Source: Armatimonadota bacterium | GTDB taxonomy: Bacteria; Armatimonadota; SYMT01 | DNA: 64,000 nucleotides | Direction: 5' to 3' | Assembly (NCBI GenBank): GCA_046292385.1 | Contig: JBKBRF010000036.1 | Location: forward strand, 1 to 64,000 | Shown: positions 36,157-47,645 of the stretch, one piece after another | Layout: each line of letters opens with the position of its first letter | Numbering within the stretch: the stretch's first letter is position 1 | The notes under the pieces: generated by a model | What the model saw: only the letters and a program-made list of their open reading frames with translations | Database searches by the model: none | Told to the model about the DNA's origin: nothing | Position numbers and translations under genes: made by a program

Positions 36157-37534
36157 CCTGTTGTGCGCCGCGAGACGAGTGGTGGAAGAGCGCCTCGGGC
36201 TCGACTTCCGAGTGGAGCGTGGAGAAGCGCTCCAGCGCAGGCTCTCGCGGGCACTGCGCGAGACCGCCCGCGAAGATCTCGAGAGCGCGCTGGCCCGGCT
36301 GATGGAGGCCCCCTCCGAAGACCCCGAGTTGATGGCGCTCGCCCGCGGCCTGACGGTAGGAGAGACCTACTTTTTCCGTGACCGGGCCTGCTTCGAGGCG
36401 CTGGAGCGTCACGTGCTGCCGCCTCTCCTCGCGGCCCGCCGCGCGGCCGGCTCGCTGCACCTGCGGGTCTGGAGCGCCGGGTGCTCCACGGGCGAAGAAC
36501 CCTACTCGCTGGCAATCCTGCTCGACCGGCTGCTGCCGGATTTCGAAGACTGGCGCGTGACGCTGCTCGCGACCGACATCAACCCGGACTCGCTGGAGCG
36601 CGCGCGGGAGGGCCGCTACGGGGAGTGGTCGTTCCGGACCACGCCGCGCTGGGTGCGCGAGCGGTACTTTCACCGGGTGAGCGGCCGTACGTATGAGCTG
36701 GACGCGCGCATCCGGAAACGGGTAAGCTTCCGAGCGCTCAACCTGGCTGAAGTCGGCTATCCCAGCGCGGCAAGCAACACCCTCGCCATGGATCTGGTCC
36801 TCTGCCGCAACGTGTTGATGTATTTCACGGAGGACGCGCGCGCGGCAGCCCTGGAGCGGCTCCGACAGGCGTTGACGCCGGGCGGTTGGCTGGTAGTAGC
36901 CTCGCCGGAGGCCTCCGGATCGCCGCTCGCTCCCCTGCTTCCGGTGAATTTCCCGGGAGCGACCCTCTATCAGAAGCAGGAGCCGGCAGCTCAGCCTCCT
37001 TTGCGGAAGGGCGCGTCCCTACCACCCGGGGAGGCGGTCGCTGCTGCCGGAGCGCCGTCGTACCCGGCATCCCGGCGGCTGCCGGCTTCACCTCTTCTCC
37101 CGGCGACTCCCGCGCGCGGAGTGGAGGAGCCTCATCCTCTGGTCGCCGCGCGGCGGCTCGCGAACGCGGGTCAGCTTCAGGAAGCCCGGGCGATCTGCGA
37201 GAGCGTGACGGCCGAGGCTCCGCTGCTGGTGGAGGGGTGGGTCCTGCTCGCGACGGTGTGTGACGAAAGCGGAGATGCCGAGGCGGCACAGCGGGCGCTC
37301 CGCCGGGCGCTCTATCTCGATCCGGACTGCGCCTTTGCGCGCCTGAGCCTGGGGCTGCTCCTCTTCCGGAGTGGCGACCGGGGGCGTGGACTCCGTCAGG
37401 TGGAGCACGCCGCGCGCCAGCTCGAGGGGCTGTCCGACCGGGCGCTGGTAGAGCATGCGGACGGCGCGACGGCGGGTGAGTTGTTGACGCGGGCGCTCCG
37501 GCTGCTCGAAATCGGATCGCGGAGGGCAGCCTGA
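36146..37534 (+). CDS. cheR: CheR methyltransferase with C-terminal TPR (WspC-like)
   Basis: TVGETYFFRD, WSAGCSTGEEPYS, CRNVLMYF; RRALYLDPD TPR. Confidence 0.93.
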   Translation: MQPDLLCAARRVVEERLGLDFRVERGEALQRRLSRALRETAREDLESALARLMEAPSEDPELMALARGLTVGETYFFRDRACFEALERHVLPPLLAARRAAGSLHLRVWSAGCSTGEEPYSLAILLDRLLPDFEDWRVTLLATDINPDSLERAREGRYGEWSFRTTPRWVRERYFHRVSGRTYELDARIRKRVSFRALNLAEVGYPSAASNTLAMDLVLCRNVLMYFTEDARAAALERLRQALTPGGWLVVASPEASGSPLAPLLPVNFPGATLYQKQEPAAQPPLRKGASLPPGEAVAAAGAPSYPASRRLPASPLLPATPARGVEEPHPLVAARRLANAGQLQEARAICESVTAEAPLLVEGWVLLATVCDESGDAEAAQRALRRALYLDPDCAFARLSLGLLLFRSGDRGRGLRQVEHAARQLEGLSDRALVEHADGATAGELLTRALRLLEIGSRRAA

Positions 37535-37539
37535 CACCT

Positions 37540-38160
37540 GTGGAGACGAGGATGGAGACAGAAGAGACGCCTGGCGTCGTGGCGCCGCAGCCACCGGCGG
37601 TCCCCGCTTCGGACGCTCGACCTGCATCGCCGCCGGAGCCGGACCGAGGCCTCGAAGCACGCACGCTGCAGATTCTCCGGAAACGGGCGAAGGTACTCTC
37701 CCAGCCGAGGAGCGTGGCGGGGGCGACTCCCACCGTTGAGCTCGTCGTCTTCTCCCTGGGGAGCGAGCGGTTTGGAGTGGAGGTTTCCGCCGCCCGGGAG
37801 GTCCTCCCGCTCCCTCCGATCGTGCCGGTGCCGCACACGCCGCCGTGGGTGGTGGGAGTTGCGGGCTATCGGGGCCGCGTGCTGACGGTAGTCGACCTTC
37901 GTCCGCTCCTCCAACTGCCCGCGGAAGCCGAGACGGGTGGGCAAGCGCGGCTCGTGGTCGTGGAGTCGTGCGGGATGGTGTTCGGCCTGCGGGCCGGCGC
38001 GCTTCACGGGGTTTTTCAGGCGGAGGATGCACTCATCGCCGCGCCCGGACCGCGGCAGGAAGGTGGGCTGCGATTTGTGCGAGGAGTAACGCCGGAGCGG
38101 GTCGCGGTTCTAGACTTGCCGGCGCTGGCGCAGCACCCGGGATTTCAGGTGAAGGGATAA
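37540..38160 (+). CDS. cheW: Second CheW adaptor (WspD-like)
   Basis: [22 protein letters not shown]; start at 37540 or 37552. Confidence 0.9.
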   Translation: METRMETEETPGVVAPQPPAVPASDARPASPPEPDRGLEARTLQILRKRAKVLSQPRSVAGATPTVELVVFSLGSERFGVEVSAAREVLPLPPIVPVPHTPPWVVGVAGYRGRVLTVVDLRPLLQLPAEAETGGQARLVVVESCGMVFGLRAGALHGVFQAEDALIAAPGPRQEGGLRFVRGVTPERVAVLDLPALAQHPGFQVKG

Positions 38161-38161
38161 G

Positions 38162-39637
38162 ATGAGCCTCAAGAAAGAGCGCAGGGGGAGCTGGACGGTC
38201 GGGCGACGCGTCGCCGCGGGATACGCGGTGATCCTCACGCTGCTGCTGATCCTCACTATCAGCACCGTCGCCAGCCTCGTCGCCACCGCCGTCGGGTTTC
38301 GGGAGGCGATGGAGGAGCGAGACCAGGTCCTCCAGGATGCCCGGTCCGTAGAACGGACTCTCGTCGCTGCGCAGGTCGGCTCGCTGCGCTACCTGCTCAC
38401 CGGAGACCGGCGTTTCGTCGAGAACTGGAGATCGCAGGCGGAAGCCGGCGCCGAGGTTCTGCGGCGACTGGCGAATACGAGCCCCACGCCGGAGCTGCGA
38501 GCCGGGTGGCAGGATGCTGCCGGCACGCATCAGCGCTGGGGAGCAGCGGTCGGTGCGGCGGTTGCCGCGCGGGACGCCAATCGCCTGGAGGAGGCGGAGC
38601 GGATCGTGCGGCAGCGCGTCATCCCGGTGCGGGACCGGCAGAATGAAGAGATCGACCGGCTGGTGGATGCACATCGCGCCCATGCCCGGACGAGAACGGA
38701 AGGAGTCTCGACCCGTGCCGGGAATACGGTCCGCTTCACGCTCGTGCTTGCCGCGGGAGCCATCATCCTGGGCTGTGCGCTGGCCTGGGGCCTGACTCGC
38801 TCGGTCACGCGGACCCTGAAGGAAGCCGTCTCCATCCTGACGAGCTCGTCGGCGGAGATCCTGGCGTCGACCACCCAGCAGGCTTCCGGCGTCGCCGAGG
38901 AAGCTTCCGCGGTCCAGGAGACCACGACCACCGTCGATGAGCTGCGCCAGACGGCCGAGCTGGCGACGGAGAAGGCGAAGCTGGTGGCGGAGGCGTCCGC
39001 CAGGACCGTCGAGATCTCGAGCCAGGGTCGTCAGGCGGTGGAGGAGACGCTGCAGAGCATGCAGGAGACGCGGGAGCGGATGGAGGCGATCGCGGAGCGG
39101 ATCCTGGCGCTAAGCGAGCAGGGTCAGGCGATCGGGGAGATCATCGCGACCGTGGATGAAGTGGCCGATCAGTCGAGTATCCTCGCGGTCAACGCCGCGA
39201 TCGAGGCGGCGAAGGCGGGAGAGGCGGGCAAAGGCTTCGCGGTCGTCGCCTCCGAGGTGAAGGAGCTGGCGGAGCAATCCCGTCGGGGCACCGCCCAGGT
39301 CCGCGCCATCCTGAACGAGATCCAGCGTGCGACGCAGGCGGCGGTACTGGCGACCGAGCAAGGGGTCAAAGCCGGTGAGGCGGCGGAGAGGATCGCGGTG
39401 AGATCGGGAGATGCCATTCGCGTTCTTTCGGAGAGCCAGCAGGACGCGGCCCAGTCCGCCCGCCAGATTCTGGTGACGACGCAGCAGCAGCTCGTCGGCG
39501 TCGATCAGATCGCGACGGCGATGCAGCACATCCAGCAGTCATCCAGCGAGAACATGGCCGCGACCGAGCAGGTGGCCCGAGCGGCGCACGATCTGAACGA
39601 CATGGCGGGCCGGCTTCAGGAGCTGGTTTCCGGCTAG
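38162..39637 (+). CDS. Methyl-accepting chemotaxis protein, 2 TM + CHASE3-like sensor
   Basis: [37 protein letters not shown]. Confidence 0.95.
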   Translation: MSLKKERRGSWTVGRRVAAGYAVILTLLLILTISTVASLVATAVGFREAMEERDQVLQDARSVERTLVAAQVGSLRYLLTGDRRFVENWRSQAEAGAEVLRRLANTSPTPELRAGWQDAAGTHQRWGAAVGAAVAARDANRLEEAERIVRQRVIPVRDRQNEEIDRLVDAHRAHARTRTEGVSTRAGNTVRFTLVLAAGAIILGCALAWGLTRSVTRTLKEAVSILTSSSAEILASTTQQASGVAEEASAVQETTTTVDELRQTAELATEKAKLVAEASARTVEISSQGRQAVEETLQSMQETRERMEAIAERILALSEQGQAIGEIIATVDEVADQSSILAVNAAIEAAKAGEAGKGFAVVASEVKELAEQSRRGTAQVRAILNEIQRATQAAVLATEQGVKAGEAAERIAVRSGDAIRVLSESQQDAAQSARQILVTTQQQLVGVDQIATAMQHIQQSSSENMAATEQVARAAHDLNDMAGRLQELVSG

Positions 39638-39671
39638 CGCCGGAGAGCCCCGGGGCCGAGATGCACCACCG

Positions 39672-41864
39672 ATGAGACGCCGCAGCGAAGAGACGCAGGC
39701 CCGGCTGCTCGCCGCGTTCCAGACGGAAGCGGAGGAGCACCTCGGGTCGATCAACGCCGCGCTTGGCTCGCTCCGCTCCGATCCGGGCGAGGCGAGTGCG
39801 GCGGATATGCTCTTCCGGGCCGTGCACACGCTCAAGGGAGCCTCCCGCTCGGTCGGTCTGCTGCCGGTGGAGACGATCTGCCAGGCACTGGAGACGCTGC
39901 TGCGCCGTGTGACGCTCGGCGAGCTCGCTCTCTCGCCGCGACTGGTAGCGGGCCTCCAGGAAGCAGTAGATGACGTGGCGTCCCTCATCGAGGGCCAGGC
40001 CCCCCAGCGGTCCGTGCCGGACTCCGTGCTGGCGCTGGAGCGGCTCGTCGGGGGTGCCGCGGAGGGGGCGCCGGGCGACATGCCGGTGCCGGGTGACCGG
40101 TCTCCGGAGTCGGCTAGCGTCCAGGCTGCCCCGCCCCCGGACGAGCATGTTCGAGACGCTTCCGAGACCGTCGAGCTCCCGGAGCCGCGCCTGCCCGTGG
40201 AGAGAGAGAGCACCATCCGGGTGCCCGCGGAGCAGCTCGACGCCCTCTTGCTGCAGCTGGAAGACCTGCTGCTTCCGAAGCTCGCCGCCGGGCAGAGGGT
40301 GCGAGAGCTCCAGGCTCTCGCAGATGCCGTCACCTCCCGGCGGAAGCAGCACGGCGAGAGCTCCGAGTGGGAAGCGCTCGCGGCGGAGCTGCCGCCGATC
40401 GTGCGCCGCCTGCGCGAGGACGAGCGGCGGTTGACCCGGCTGCACGAGCAGCTTCAGGCGGAAGTGCTGCGCCTCCGGACTTCGCCGGTGTCCGGCATCG
40501 TGGAAGCGATGCCGCGCATGATCCGCGATCTCGCCCGCGAAACCGGGAAGGAAGTGGAGCTGACGCTCACCGGTACGGAGCTGGAGCTGGACCGGCGGGT
40601 GCTCGAGCGGATCAAAGACCCGTTGATCCACCTGCTGCGAAACGCCGTCGACCACGGGATCGAGTCGCCGGAAGTGCGGGAGCAGGCGGGAAAGCCGCGG
40701 GAGGGCCGGATCCGGCTCTCGTTCGGGGCGGCGGAGAGCCGCCGGATCGAGGTCGCCGTCGCGGACGATGGCGCCGGGATCCGTCCGGAGGTGGTGCGAG
40801 AGGCGGCGGTGCGCTCCCGGCTGATCGGCGCGGACAACGCCCGCACGCTCAGCGCACAGGACAGCCTGGAGCTGCTCTTCCAGCCCGGGTTCAGCACCAG
40901 TCCGGTCGTCACGCGAGTCTCGGGTCAGGGCCTGGGGCTCCCGATCGTGCGAGAGCGGGTGGAGGGCGTGGGCGGCAGCCTGCAGGTGGAGAGCGATTCC
41001 GGGGCAGGTACCACCGTGCGGATGCTGCTTCCGGCTACCATCGCCACGGTCAGCGGACTTCTGGTGCGCGCGGGGGAGCGGCAGTTTCTTCTTCCCGTGC
41101 AATCGGTGGAGCACGTGCTGCGGATCACGGAGGCCGACGTCACCAGCCTGAGCGGACGGACCGGTATCTACCGGATGGGTCAGTTTCTCCCGGTGTCGCC
41201 CCTGCAGACGCTGCTGGACCTCCCCGGCGGAGCGACGCTCGGGGCGGGGAGGCTCCCCTGCCTGGTCCTGGTGGCGGGCCAGGAGCGGATCGGGCTGCTG
41301 GTCGACGAGGTGCTCGGCGAGCGAGAGCTCCTGGCCAAAGAGCTGGAGCCGCCGCTCGTCCGGGTCCGGCACGTCGCGGGCGCGGGACTGCTCGGCACCG
41401 GCGAGCTGGTCCTGACGCTGCGGGCGGCCGAGCTGATCCGCACGTCGCTGGCTTCGGAGAGCGCCCCGCTGCGATCGACCCCACCGGCAGCGCGGAGCCG
41501 GGCTCCGGTCATCCTGGTGGTGGACGACTCGCTCACGACACGCGTGATGGAGAAGAACTTGCTGGAGAGTGCCGGCTACACCGTGAAGACGGCGGTGGAC
41601 GGCATGGAAGCGTGGACTCTCCTCGCCAGCGAGTCTTTCGACCTGCTGGTGTCGGATGTAGACATGCCGCGCATGGATGGTTTCGAGCTCACGGCACGGA
41701 TCCGCGCCGACGCACGGCTCCGGGAGCTGCCGGTGATCCTGGTTACGGCGATGGAATCGCGGGAGCACCGGGAGCGAGGCGTGCTCGCCGGCGCGAACGC
41801 GTACGTCATCAAGTCCAGTTTCGAAGAGTCGAACCTCCTGGAAATCATCACCCGGTTGCTGTAA
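39672..41864 (+). CDS. cheA: CheA-receiver hybrid kinase (WspE-like)
   Basis: Hpt HTLKG; HLLRNAVDHGIE; SGQGLGL; CheW domain; C-terminal VVDDS…SDVDMP receiver. Confidence 0.95.
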   Translation: MRRRSEETQARLLAAFQTEAEEHLGSINAALGSLRSDPGEASAADMLFRAVHTLKGASRSVGLLPVETICQALETLLRRVTLGELALSPRLVAGLQEAVDDVASLIEGQAPQRSVPDSVLALERLVGGAAEGAPGDMPVPGDRSPESASVQAAPPPDEHVRDASETVELPEPRLPVERESTIRVPAEQLDALLLQLEDLLLPKLAAGQRVRELQALADAVTSRRKQHGESSEWEALAAELPPIVRRLREDERRLTRLHEQLQAEVLRLRTSPVSGIVEAMPRMIRDLARETGKEVELTLTGTELELDRRVLERIKDPLIHLLRNAVDHGIESPEVREQAGKPREGRIRLSFGAAESRRIEVAVADDGAGIRPEVVREAAVRSRLIGADNARTLSAQDSLELLFQPGFSTSPVVTRVSGQGLGLPIVRERVEGVGGSLQVESDSGAGTTVRMLLPATIATVSGLLVRAGERQFLLPVQSVEHVLRITEADVTSLSGRTGIYRMGQFLPVSPLQTLLDLPGGATLGAGRLPCLVLVAGQERIGLLVDEVLGERELLAKELEPPLVRVRHVAGAGLLGTGELVLTLRAAELIRTSLASESAPLRSTPPAARSRAPVILVVDDSLTTRVMEKNLLESAGYTVKTAVDGMEAWTLLASESFDLLVSDVDMPRMDGFELTARIRADARLRELPVILVTAMESREHRERGVLAGANAYVIKSSFEESNLLEIITRLL

Positions 41865-41888
41865 TGCCGTTCTCCGGGAGGAGCTGAG

Positions 41889-42989
41889 ATGGTGCGGGTA
41901 CTGCTGGCGGAGGACTCTCTGGTGGTCCGGGAGCATCTGGTGAGCTTGCTCTCAGAGGACCCGGAGATCCAGTTAGTGGGGACCGCCCGCAACGGGGTGG
42001 AAGCGGTTGAGATGGTGCGGCAGCTCCGTCCGGACGTCGTGCTGATGGATGTCACCATGCCCCGGATGGGTGGATACGAGGCGACCCGCCAGATCATGGG
42101 GAGCTCCCCGCTCCCGATCGTGATGATCAGCAGCGGCTTCGACACCGGCGGAGTGGCCACGACGTTCGAAGCGCTGCGGGCGGGAGCGGTCGCCGTGGTA
42201 GAGAAGCCGCGGGGCGGCGGAGACACCGAAGAGGCCTCCGCTCGGGAGCTCTGTCAGACCGTGAAGCTGATGGCGGAGGTCAAGGTGGTGCGGCGCTGGG
42301 CGCGGGATCCCTCCGTACCCAGGCCGATCTCGCCCGCGGACCGGCCCCGCGCGGGCGAACGGCCGGTGTCGACCCGTACCGCCGTGGCGCCGTCCCGCCA
42401 GCGACGCATCGAGCTGGCCGTGATCGGTGCCTCTACCGGCGGGCCGGCCGTGTTGGTGGAGATCCTGACGCGGCAGCCGGCGCAGCTGCCGGTCCCGATC
42501 CTGATCGTTCAGCACATCGCACGGGGATTCGTGGGCGGCCTGGCTGCGTGGCTGAACGAGCAGACCGCGCTGAATGTGAAGCTCGCCGAACCGTACGAGC
42601 CGCTGCGGGCGGGGGTAGTGTACCTGGCTCCCGACGGCTATCAGCTGGGAGTTACACCGACCCGCCGGATACGGCTCGTCGATGCGCCGGCGGAGGACGG
42701 ATTCAAGCCGTCCATCTCGTACACCCTGCGATCGGTGGCGGCGCAGTATGGGGCTGCCGGGCTGGGAGTGCTGCTCACCGGCATGGGGCACGACGGCGCG
42801 GCAGGACTCCTCCAGCTCCGCCAGGCCGGGGGGCTCACCGTGGCACAGGACGCTGCCAGCAGTGTCATTTTCGGGATGGCGGAGCGGGCGGTCGGCCTCG
42901 GCGCCGTCGAGCACGTGAGCTCGCCGCGCGAGATCGCGGAGCTTCTACGCACGCTCCCGGTACCCGGGGAAGAGAACAGGAAAGGTTGA
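41889..42989 (+). CDS. cheB: CheB methylesterase response regulator
   Basis: Receiver domain plus GASTGGP, VQHI, LTGMGHDGA. Confidence 0.95.
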   Translation: MVRVLLAEDSLVVREHLVSLLSEDPEIQLVGTARNGVEAVEMVRQLRPDVVLMDVTMPRMGGYEATRQIMGSSPLPIVMISSGFDTGGVATTFEALRAGAVAVVEKPRGGGDTEEASARELCQTVKLMAEVKVVRRWARDPSVPRPISPADRPRAGERPVSTRTAVAPSRQRRIELAVIGASTGGPAVLVEILTRQPAQLPVPILIVQHIARGFVGGLAAWLNEQTALNVKLAEPYEPLRAGVVYLAPDGYQLGVTPTRRIRLVDAPAEDGFKPSISYTLRSVAAQYGAAGLGVLLTGMGHDGAAGLLQLRQAGGLTVAQDAASSVIFGMAERAVGLGAVEHVSSPREIAELLRTLPVPGEENRKG

Positions 42990-42993
42990 TCCG

Positions 42994-45471
42994 TTGGCGC
43001 ACCGCATTCTGATCGCAGAAGACAGCCGCACCCAGGCGGAGGAGCTGCGGAGCTTGCTGGAGGACGTCGGCTTCGAGGTGGAGGTCGGCACCAATGGCCG
43101 TGAGGCGCTGGAAATGCTCGAGCGCTCGCGTCCCGACATGATCCTGAGCGATCTCTTCATGCCGGAGATGGACGGCTTCGCCTTCTGCCAGGCGGTCAAG
43201 AGCCGGGACGAAACGCGCCGGATCCCGTTCATTCTCCTGACGCAGTTGAATACGCCCGGCGGCATCGCCATCGGCCTGCAGCACGGCGCGGACGACTTCG
43301 TCCCGAAGCCGTATGACGAAGACCTCCTGCTCGAGCGCGTTCGGGCCCTGCTCGCCGCCAATGACGGCTCCGAGACCCGCGCCGATCCCGGTCTGGGGCA
43401 GCTCCCGCTGGAGAGAGCCAGTCTGCTGCTCGACCAGCGCGAGCAAGCCCTGCGCACGTCGCACGCTTTCCTCGAACAACTGGTCGCCGGCAGCCCCGGC
43501 ATCATCCTGCGGGCCGAGACCCGACTGCGCCGCATCAGCTACATCAGTCCGAACATCGAGGCGCTGCTCGGGTTCGCGCCGGAGGAGGTGCTGCGGAGCT
43601 CCGACTTCCTGGCGGATCGAATCCATCCTGATGAGAAGGTGCAGGTGCTTACGTCTCTGCACGGGGCCTACCTCACCTCGGAGGACGGGTGGCGCACGGA
43701 ATGCCGCCTGCAGCACCAGGACGGCTCGTACCACTGGTTCTACATCTCCGCCCGTTTCGACGAGAGTGCAACGGGCGGCTCGTCGCCTCCGCTGGTGGCG
43801 CATCTGCTCAACATCGACGTCCGCAAGGAAGCCGAAGCTCGCATTCAGTCTCTCAACAAGACCCTGGAGCTCCGGGTGCAGGAGCGCACCGCCGATGCGG
43901 AGGCACGCGCCCGCGAGCTGGCGGCTTCCGAGGAAGCGCTGCGGCAGAGCAACGCGGCGCTGCGCACGCTGATCGCCGGCGCCCCGCTGGCGATCGTGGG
44001 ATTCGATCCGGAGGGGCGCGTCACCCAGTGGAACCCCGCGGCGGAGCAGATGCTGGGCTGGAACGAAGCTGAAGTCCTGGGCCGGAAGCCTCCGTTCATC
44101 CCGGCATACGCGGGCGAGGAGTTCCAGGAGCTTCTGCGGGTGTCCGCCGAAGGGGGGCGGCTGCGGAACGTGGAGCGTCGCAGAGAGCGAAAAGACGGGA
44201 CTCCGATCGATCTGAGTCTCTGGACCGCGCCGCTGTGGGCAGATGGCCGCATCCTCGGCGTGATCTCCATGATGGAGGACGTTACCCAGCGCAAGCAGCT
44301 CGAAGAGCAGCTCCGCCAGACGCAGAAGATGGAGGCGTTCGGGCAGCTCGCCGGGGGGATCGCCCACGATTTCAACAATATGCTGGCGGTCATCAGCGGC
44401 TACAGCGAGGTGCTCGCCATGCTGCCGGGAATCGAGGGGAACGCCCGTGAATTCGTGGATGAGATTCACGCTGCCGCGGAGCGAGCCGCCGCTCTCACGC
44501 GGCAGCTTCTGGCGTTCAGCCGCAAACAGGTGCTGGAGCCCAAGACCGTCGACCTCTCCGCGCTGGTAGAGGGCACCGTCCGGATGCTCCGGCGCCTGAT
44601 CGGCGAAGACATCGCCGTGAGAACCCGGTCCGAGCCGGAGCTGGGCAAGGTACGGGCAGATCCGGGCCAGATCGAGCAGGTTTTGATGAACCTGGTCGTC
44701 AACGCGCGAGACGCCATGCCCCGGGGCGGCTCCCTGCTCATCACCGCGAGCAACGCGGAGATCTCCGAAGAGAGCCGGCCTCCCGGTTCGCCGGTGCCTC
44801 CCGGCGCCTACGTGCAGCTCTCGGTGACCGATAGCGGCTGTGGGATGTCCAAAGAGGTCCTGGCCCAGCTCTTCGAGCCGTTCTTCACGACGAAGGAGCC
44901 GGGAAAGGGGACGGGTCTGGGCCTGGCGACCGTCTACGGAATCGTGACCCAGAGCGAGGGCTACATCACGGTCGAAAGCGAGCCGGGCCAGGGAACCACG
45001 TTCCGCATCTACCTGCCCCGGGTCGACGCCGCGGATGGCGGCGAAGAGACTGGCAGAAGAACAGCCGCAGCCGGAGGGGTGGAAACGATCCTGCTGGTCG
45101 AAGACGAGCCGTCCGTACGGCAGCTGGTCAACACGCTCCTCCAGTCGCAGGGTTATACGGTGCTGGAGGCGACCAATCCCGGGGACGCGCTGCGCATCTG
45201 TGAGCGGTATACCGGCACCATTCACCTGCTGCTCACGGACGTCGTGATGCCCGGCATGAGCGGACGGGAGCTCCACGAGCACCTGCGTCAGGCGTATCCG
45301 CCACTGCGGGTCCTCTTCATGTCGGGCTACATGGACGACGCGGTGCTTCGCCACGGGGTATTGACCGACGACGCGGACTTCATCCAGAAGCCGTTTGCCG
45401 CCGCGAGCCTCGCCGGCAAGCTCCGGGAAGTCCTGGATCGGCCGGACGCCCCGGGGAACGAAGCTGGGTGA
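42994..45471 (+). CDS. Hybrid sensor kinase REC-PAS-PAS-HisKA-HATPase-REC
   Basis: TTG start; [34 protein letters not shown]; receiver domains at both ends. Confidence 0.93.
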   Translation: MAHRILIAEDSRTQAEELRSLLEDVGFEVEVGTNGREALEMLERSRPDMILSDLFMPEMDGFAFCQAVKSRDETRRIPFILLTQLNTPGGIAIGLQHGADDFVPKPYDEDLLLERVRALLAANDGSETRADPGLGQLPLERASLLLDQREQALRTSHAFLEQLVAGSPGIILRAETRLRRISYISPNIEALLGFAPEEVLRSSDFLADRIHPDEKVQVLTSLHGAYLTSEDGWRTECRLQHQDGSYHWFYISARFDESATGGSSPPLVAHLLNIDVRKEAEARIQSLNKTLELRVQERTADAEARARELAASEEALRQSNAALRTLIAGAPLAIVGFDPEGRVTQWNPAAEQMLGWNEAEVLGRKPPFIPAYAGEEFQELLRVSAEGGRLRNVERRRERKDGTPIDLSLWTAPLWADGRILGVISMMEDVTQRKQLEEQLRQTQKMEAFGQLAGGIAHDFNNMLAVISGYSEVLAMLPGIEGNAREFVDEIHAAAERAAALTRQLLAFSRKQVLEPKTVDLSALVEGTVRMLRRLIGEDIAVRTRSEPELGKVRADPGQIEQVLMNLVVNARDAMPRGGSLLITASNAEISEESRPPGSPVPPGAYVQLSVTDSGCGMSKEVLAQLFEPFFTTKEPGKGTGLGLATVYGIVTQSEGYITVESEPGQGTTFRIYLPRVDAADGGEETGRRTAAAGGVETILLVEDEPSVRQLVNTLLQSQGYTVLEATNPGDALRICERYTGTIHLLLTDVVMPGMSGRELHEHLRQAYPPLRVLFMSGYMDDAVLRHGVLTDDADFIQKPFAAASLAGKLREVLDRPDAPGNEAG

Positions 45472-45488
45472 GCGGGATCGGCGCGTCG

Positions 45489-46280
45489 TTACCCCCAGTT
45501 GCCGTAGACGTCAATCTCCTGCCAGTCGAGCTTCGGGCGGACGCCGCGGATGATGATTCCGGGGCGTCCGAGCGCCTGGCCGGCGGTCTGGCGGTTCTCC
45601 GGGTGGCGGTAGCCCATGCGGACCAGCCGCCGCCACTTGCCGCTGTGGTTCACCGCGGAGCCGTGGATCGTCCAGAGGCTGAAGACCACCACGTCGCCGG
45701 CGCGGGCGGGCACCGGCACGGCGTCTTCCAGGCGGAAGCGATCGGTCGGCAGGTGCGGCGCCGTCTCCGGGCCAAGGATATGCTCCAGTGGGCCCAGGCG
45801 GTGGCTGCCGGGCAGGAACTTGATGCAGCCGCTCTGCTCGTCCGCGTCGTCCAGGTGGACCAGCGTATCGAGGTAGCGCCCGTCCGCGTGGGCGTAGAAC
45901 GGCAGGTCCTGGTGCATCGGAAACGGGGCGCCAGCGTCCGGCGGCTTCGCATGGAGCGTCATGTGGTGGAATTCCACGCACTCGCTGCCGAGAAGCTGCG
46001 AGAGGGCGTCCGCCAGCCCCGCGTGGGCGAGGGCGCAGGTCCAGGCCGCGGAGTAGTGCTGCAGCTCGTGGATCGCCACCAGCGTCGCCTTCCGGTTCTC
46101 CTCCGCGTTCATGTACTCTTCGCGCCAGGGTCCCTTCCAGGCCGCCTCCCACGTGGCGAAGTGCCGGATGATCTCGTCCAGCTCCGCGCTCATCCGGCCC
46201 AGCTCCGCGGGGTCGTAGACCTGCTCCAGGCGGAGGTAGCCGTTCTCGTGGAAGAACTCGATCTGCTCGGCGGTCAGCAC
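45489..46280 (-). CDS. Phytanoyl-CoA dioxygenase (PhyH) family Fe(II)/2OG enzyme
   Basis: GTG after AAGGAG; FFHENGY, HQD, PGSH, HGSA.N. Confidence 0.92.
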   Translation of the reverse strand: MLTAEQIEFFHENGYLRLEQVYDPAELGRMSAELDEIIRHFATWEAAWKGPWREEYMNAEENRKATLVAIHELQHYSAAWTCALAHAGLADALSQLLGSECVEFHHMTLHAKPPDAGAPFPMHQDLPFYAHADGRYLDTLVHLDDADEQSGCIKFLPGSHRLGPLEHILGPETAPHLPTDRFRLEDAVPVPARAGDVVVFSLWTIHGSAVNHSGKWRRLVRMGYRHPENRQTAGQALGRPGIIIRGVRPKLDWQEIDVYGNWG

Positions 46281-46461
46281 GGGGAGCTCCTTTCGCGGAG
46301 AGGAATCACCGTACGGTTCGAGCCGGAGCGTGGTCTCCCCTGCGGACGCTGGGAGCAGGGTCCGGCCCGACACGCGGGCCGTTCCGTACCGCCTGAGCTT
46401 TGCGTCTGCTCTAAGAACAGCCTTCCACGGAGGACGGCGGCAGGTAGACACTCCGGCGCGG

Positions 46462-46579
46462 CCTAACCCCCAACCCTCCCCCGTGCGGGGGACAAGCCTT
46501 CTTTGAAGCTCAAGGGGAGCCGGCCGGCCTTCCACCCATAGCTCCCCTCTCCCCGCGGGAGAGGGGCCGGGGGTGAGGC
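46462..46579. repeat. REP-type doublet (CCCTCTCCC…GGGAGAGGG family)
   Basis: CCTAACCCCCAACCCTCCCCC… and CTCCCCTCTCCCCGCGGGAGAGGGGCCGGGGGTGAGG. Confidence 0.75.
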
Positions 46580-46630
46580 CGCGATAGAGGCAGCCGAAGC
46601 CGCAATTTCATCCATCCCGGGTGCACGGAG

Positions 46631-46746
46631 CGGCCTCTGCGGTAAGACCCGGTTCAAACCGGGGCCGCTGTCCGGCACTTGTAAAGCGGTACCGGCCTAG
46701 AACTGGATCCGGTTCTCTCCGCGCTCTCTGCGTCTCCGCGGTGAAT
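46631..46746. repeat. Degenerate copy of the nested CGCAGAG element
   Basis: CCGGGGCCGCTGT.CGG core plus CTCTGCGTCTCCGCGGTGAAT arm. Confidence 0.65.
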
Positions 46747-46891
46747 CAGGTTCGGACCGAAGCCCGGGTGCGGGTCGCGGAGGGACTGTGCTATACTCCC
46801 CACACTGACCAGGTAGCGTGGGTCTCCTGCTTACCGGGTCTTTTGGCATCCTGGAAATCGGTGGTACGGTAGCTGACTTGGGGTTGGTACG

Positions 46892-47566
46892 ATGCGGGAA
46901 GCGAATGCCGAGCTGGGCAGCGCGGTGACGGAAGCGCTCGACTGGATGGGCGCCACTCCGGAGACCGCGGGGGCGGCGCTGGGAATCAACGCGCGCACGC
47001 TCGATGCGATGTGTCGGGGCATCGTGCCGATGCGCAGCCTGGTGCTCCGTTTCGCGACGGCGATGGCGCGGCAGTGCGAGAGCCAGACCGGCGTGCCGGA
47101 CTGGTGGTGCGACGTCGACGCCTGGCTCCAGGTCGCCGGCTACTCACCTCGACGCGACCAGGATGGCGTCTCCGCTCCGCGGCCCTCGAGCCCGGCTACC
47201 GCGCCCCGCTTCGCGCCCCTGCGCTCCGCCTCCGCGCCCGCCTCTCGCCCCCCCGCCTCTGCTCCCCGCCCCGCCCCCGCCCGTCCCGCCGTGGCCGTTG
47301 CCGAGCCGGGCGAAGAAGGCGAAGTTGAGCCCGCCGGCCACTACTACCGTCCCGTCTACGAGCGGAAGACCCTCGGTGACGACCTTTGCGTCCACCTCTT
47401 CTGGATTCTCGATGGGGACGGCGTCCGCCGGTACCAGATCAGCATCGGCGCCCACGAGGACTACCGCGCCCGCGCCGCCCAGGTGAAGCAGGACCTGCAG
47501 AACCTGAGCCGGGACCAGTTCGAGCGCCGCTACGCGCGGCACCGGATCAACTCCCCGGAAGCGTGA
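46892..47566 (+). CDS. Hypothetical protein with possible N-terminal XRE-like HTH and Pro/Ala linker
   Basis: TPETAGAALGINARTLDAM..G resembles an HTH; upstream TGCTATACT -10 element. Confidence 0.6.
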   Translation: MREANAELGSAVTEALDWMGATPETAGAALGINARTLDAMCRGIVPMRSLVLRFATAMARQCESQTGVPDWWCDVDAWLQVAGYSPRRDQDGVSAPRPSSPATAPRFAPLRSASAPASRPPASAPRPAPARPAVAVAEPGEEGEVEPAGHYYRPVYERKTLGDDLCVHLFWILDGDGVRRYQISIGAHEDYRARAAQVKQDLQNLSRDQFERRYARHRINSPEA

Positions 47567-47645
47567 TACCTCATTCGTGGCGCGGCCGTGCGAGCGGCGC
47601 CCCTCCCGCCGGCTGCTGCTGCCGGCGGCGCTTGCCTGTCTTCCC

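Noticed and set aside
46647..46665. tRNA T-arm-like CCCGGTTCAAACCGGG
   Set aside because: No cloverleaf can be built; it lies within a degenerate copy of the nested repeat.
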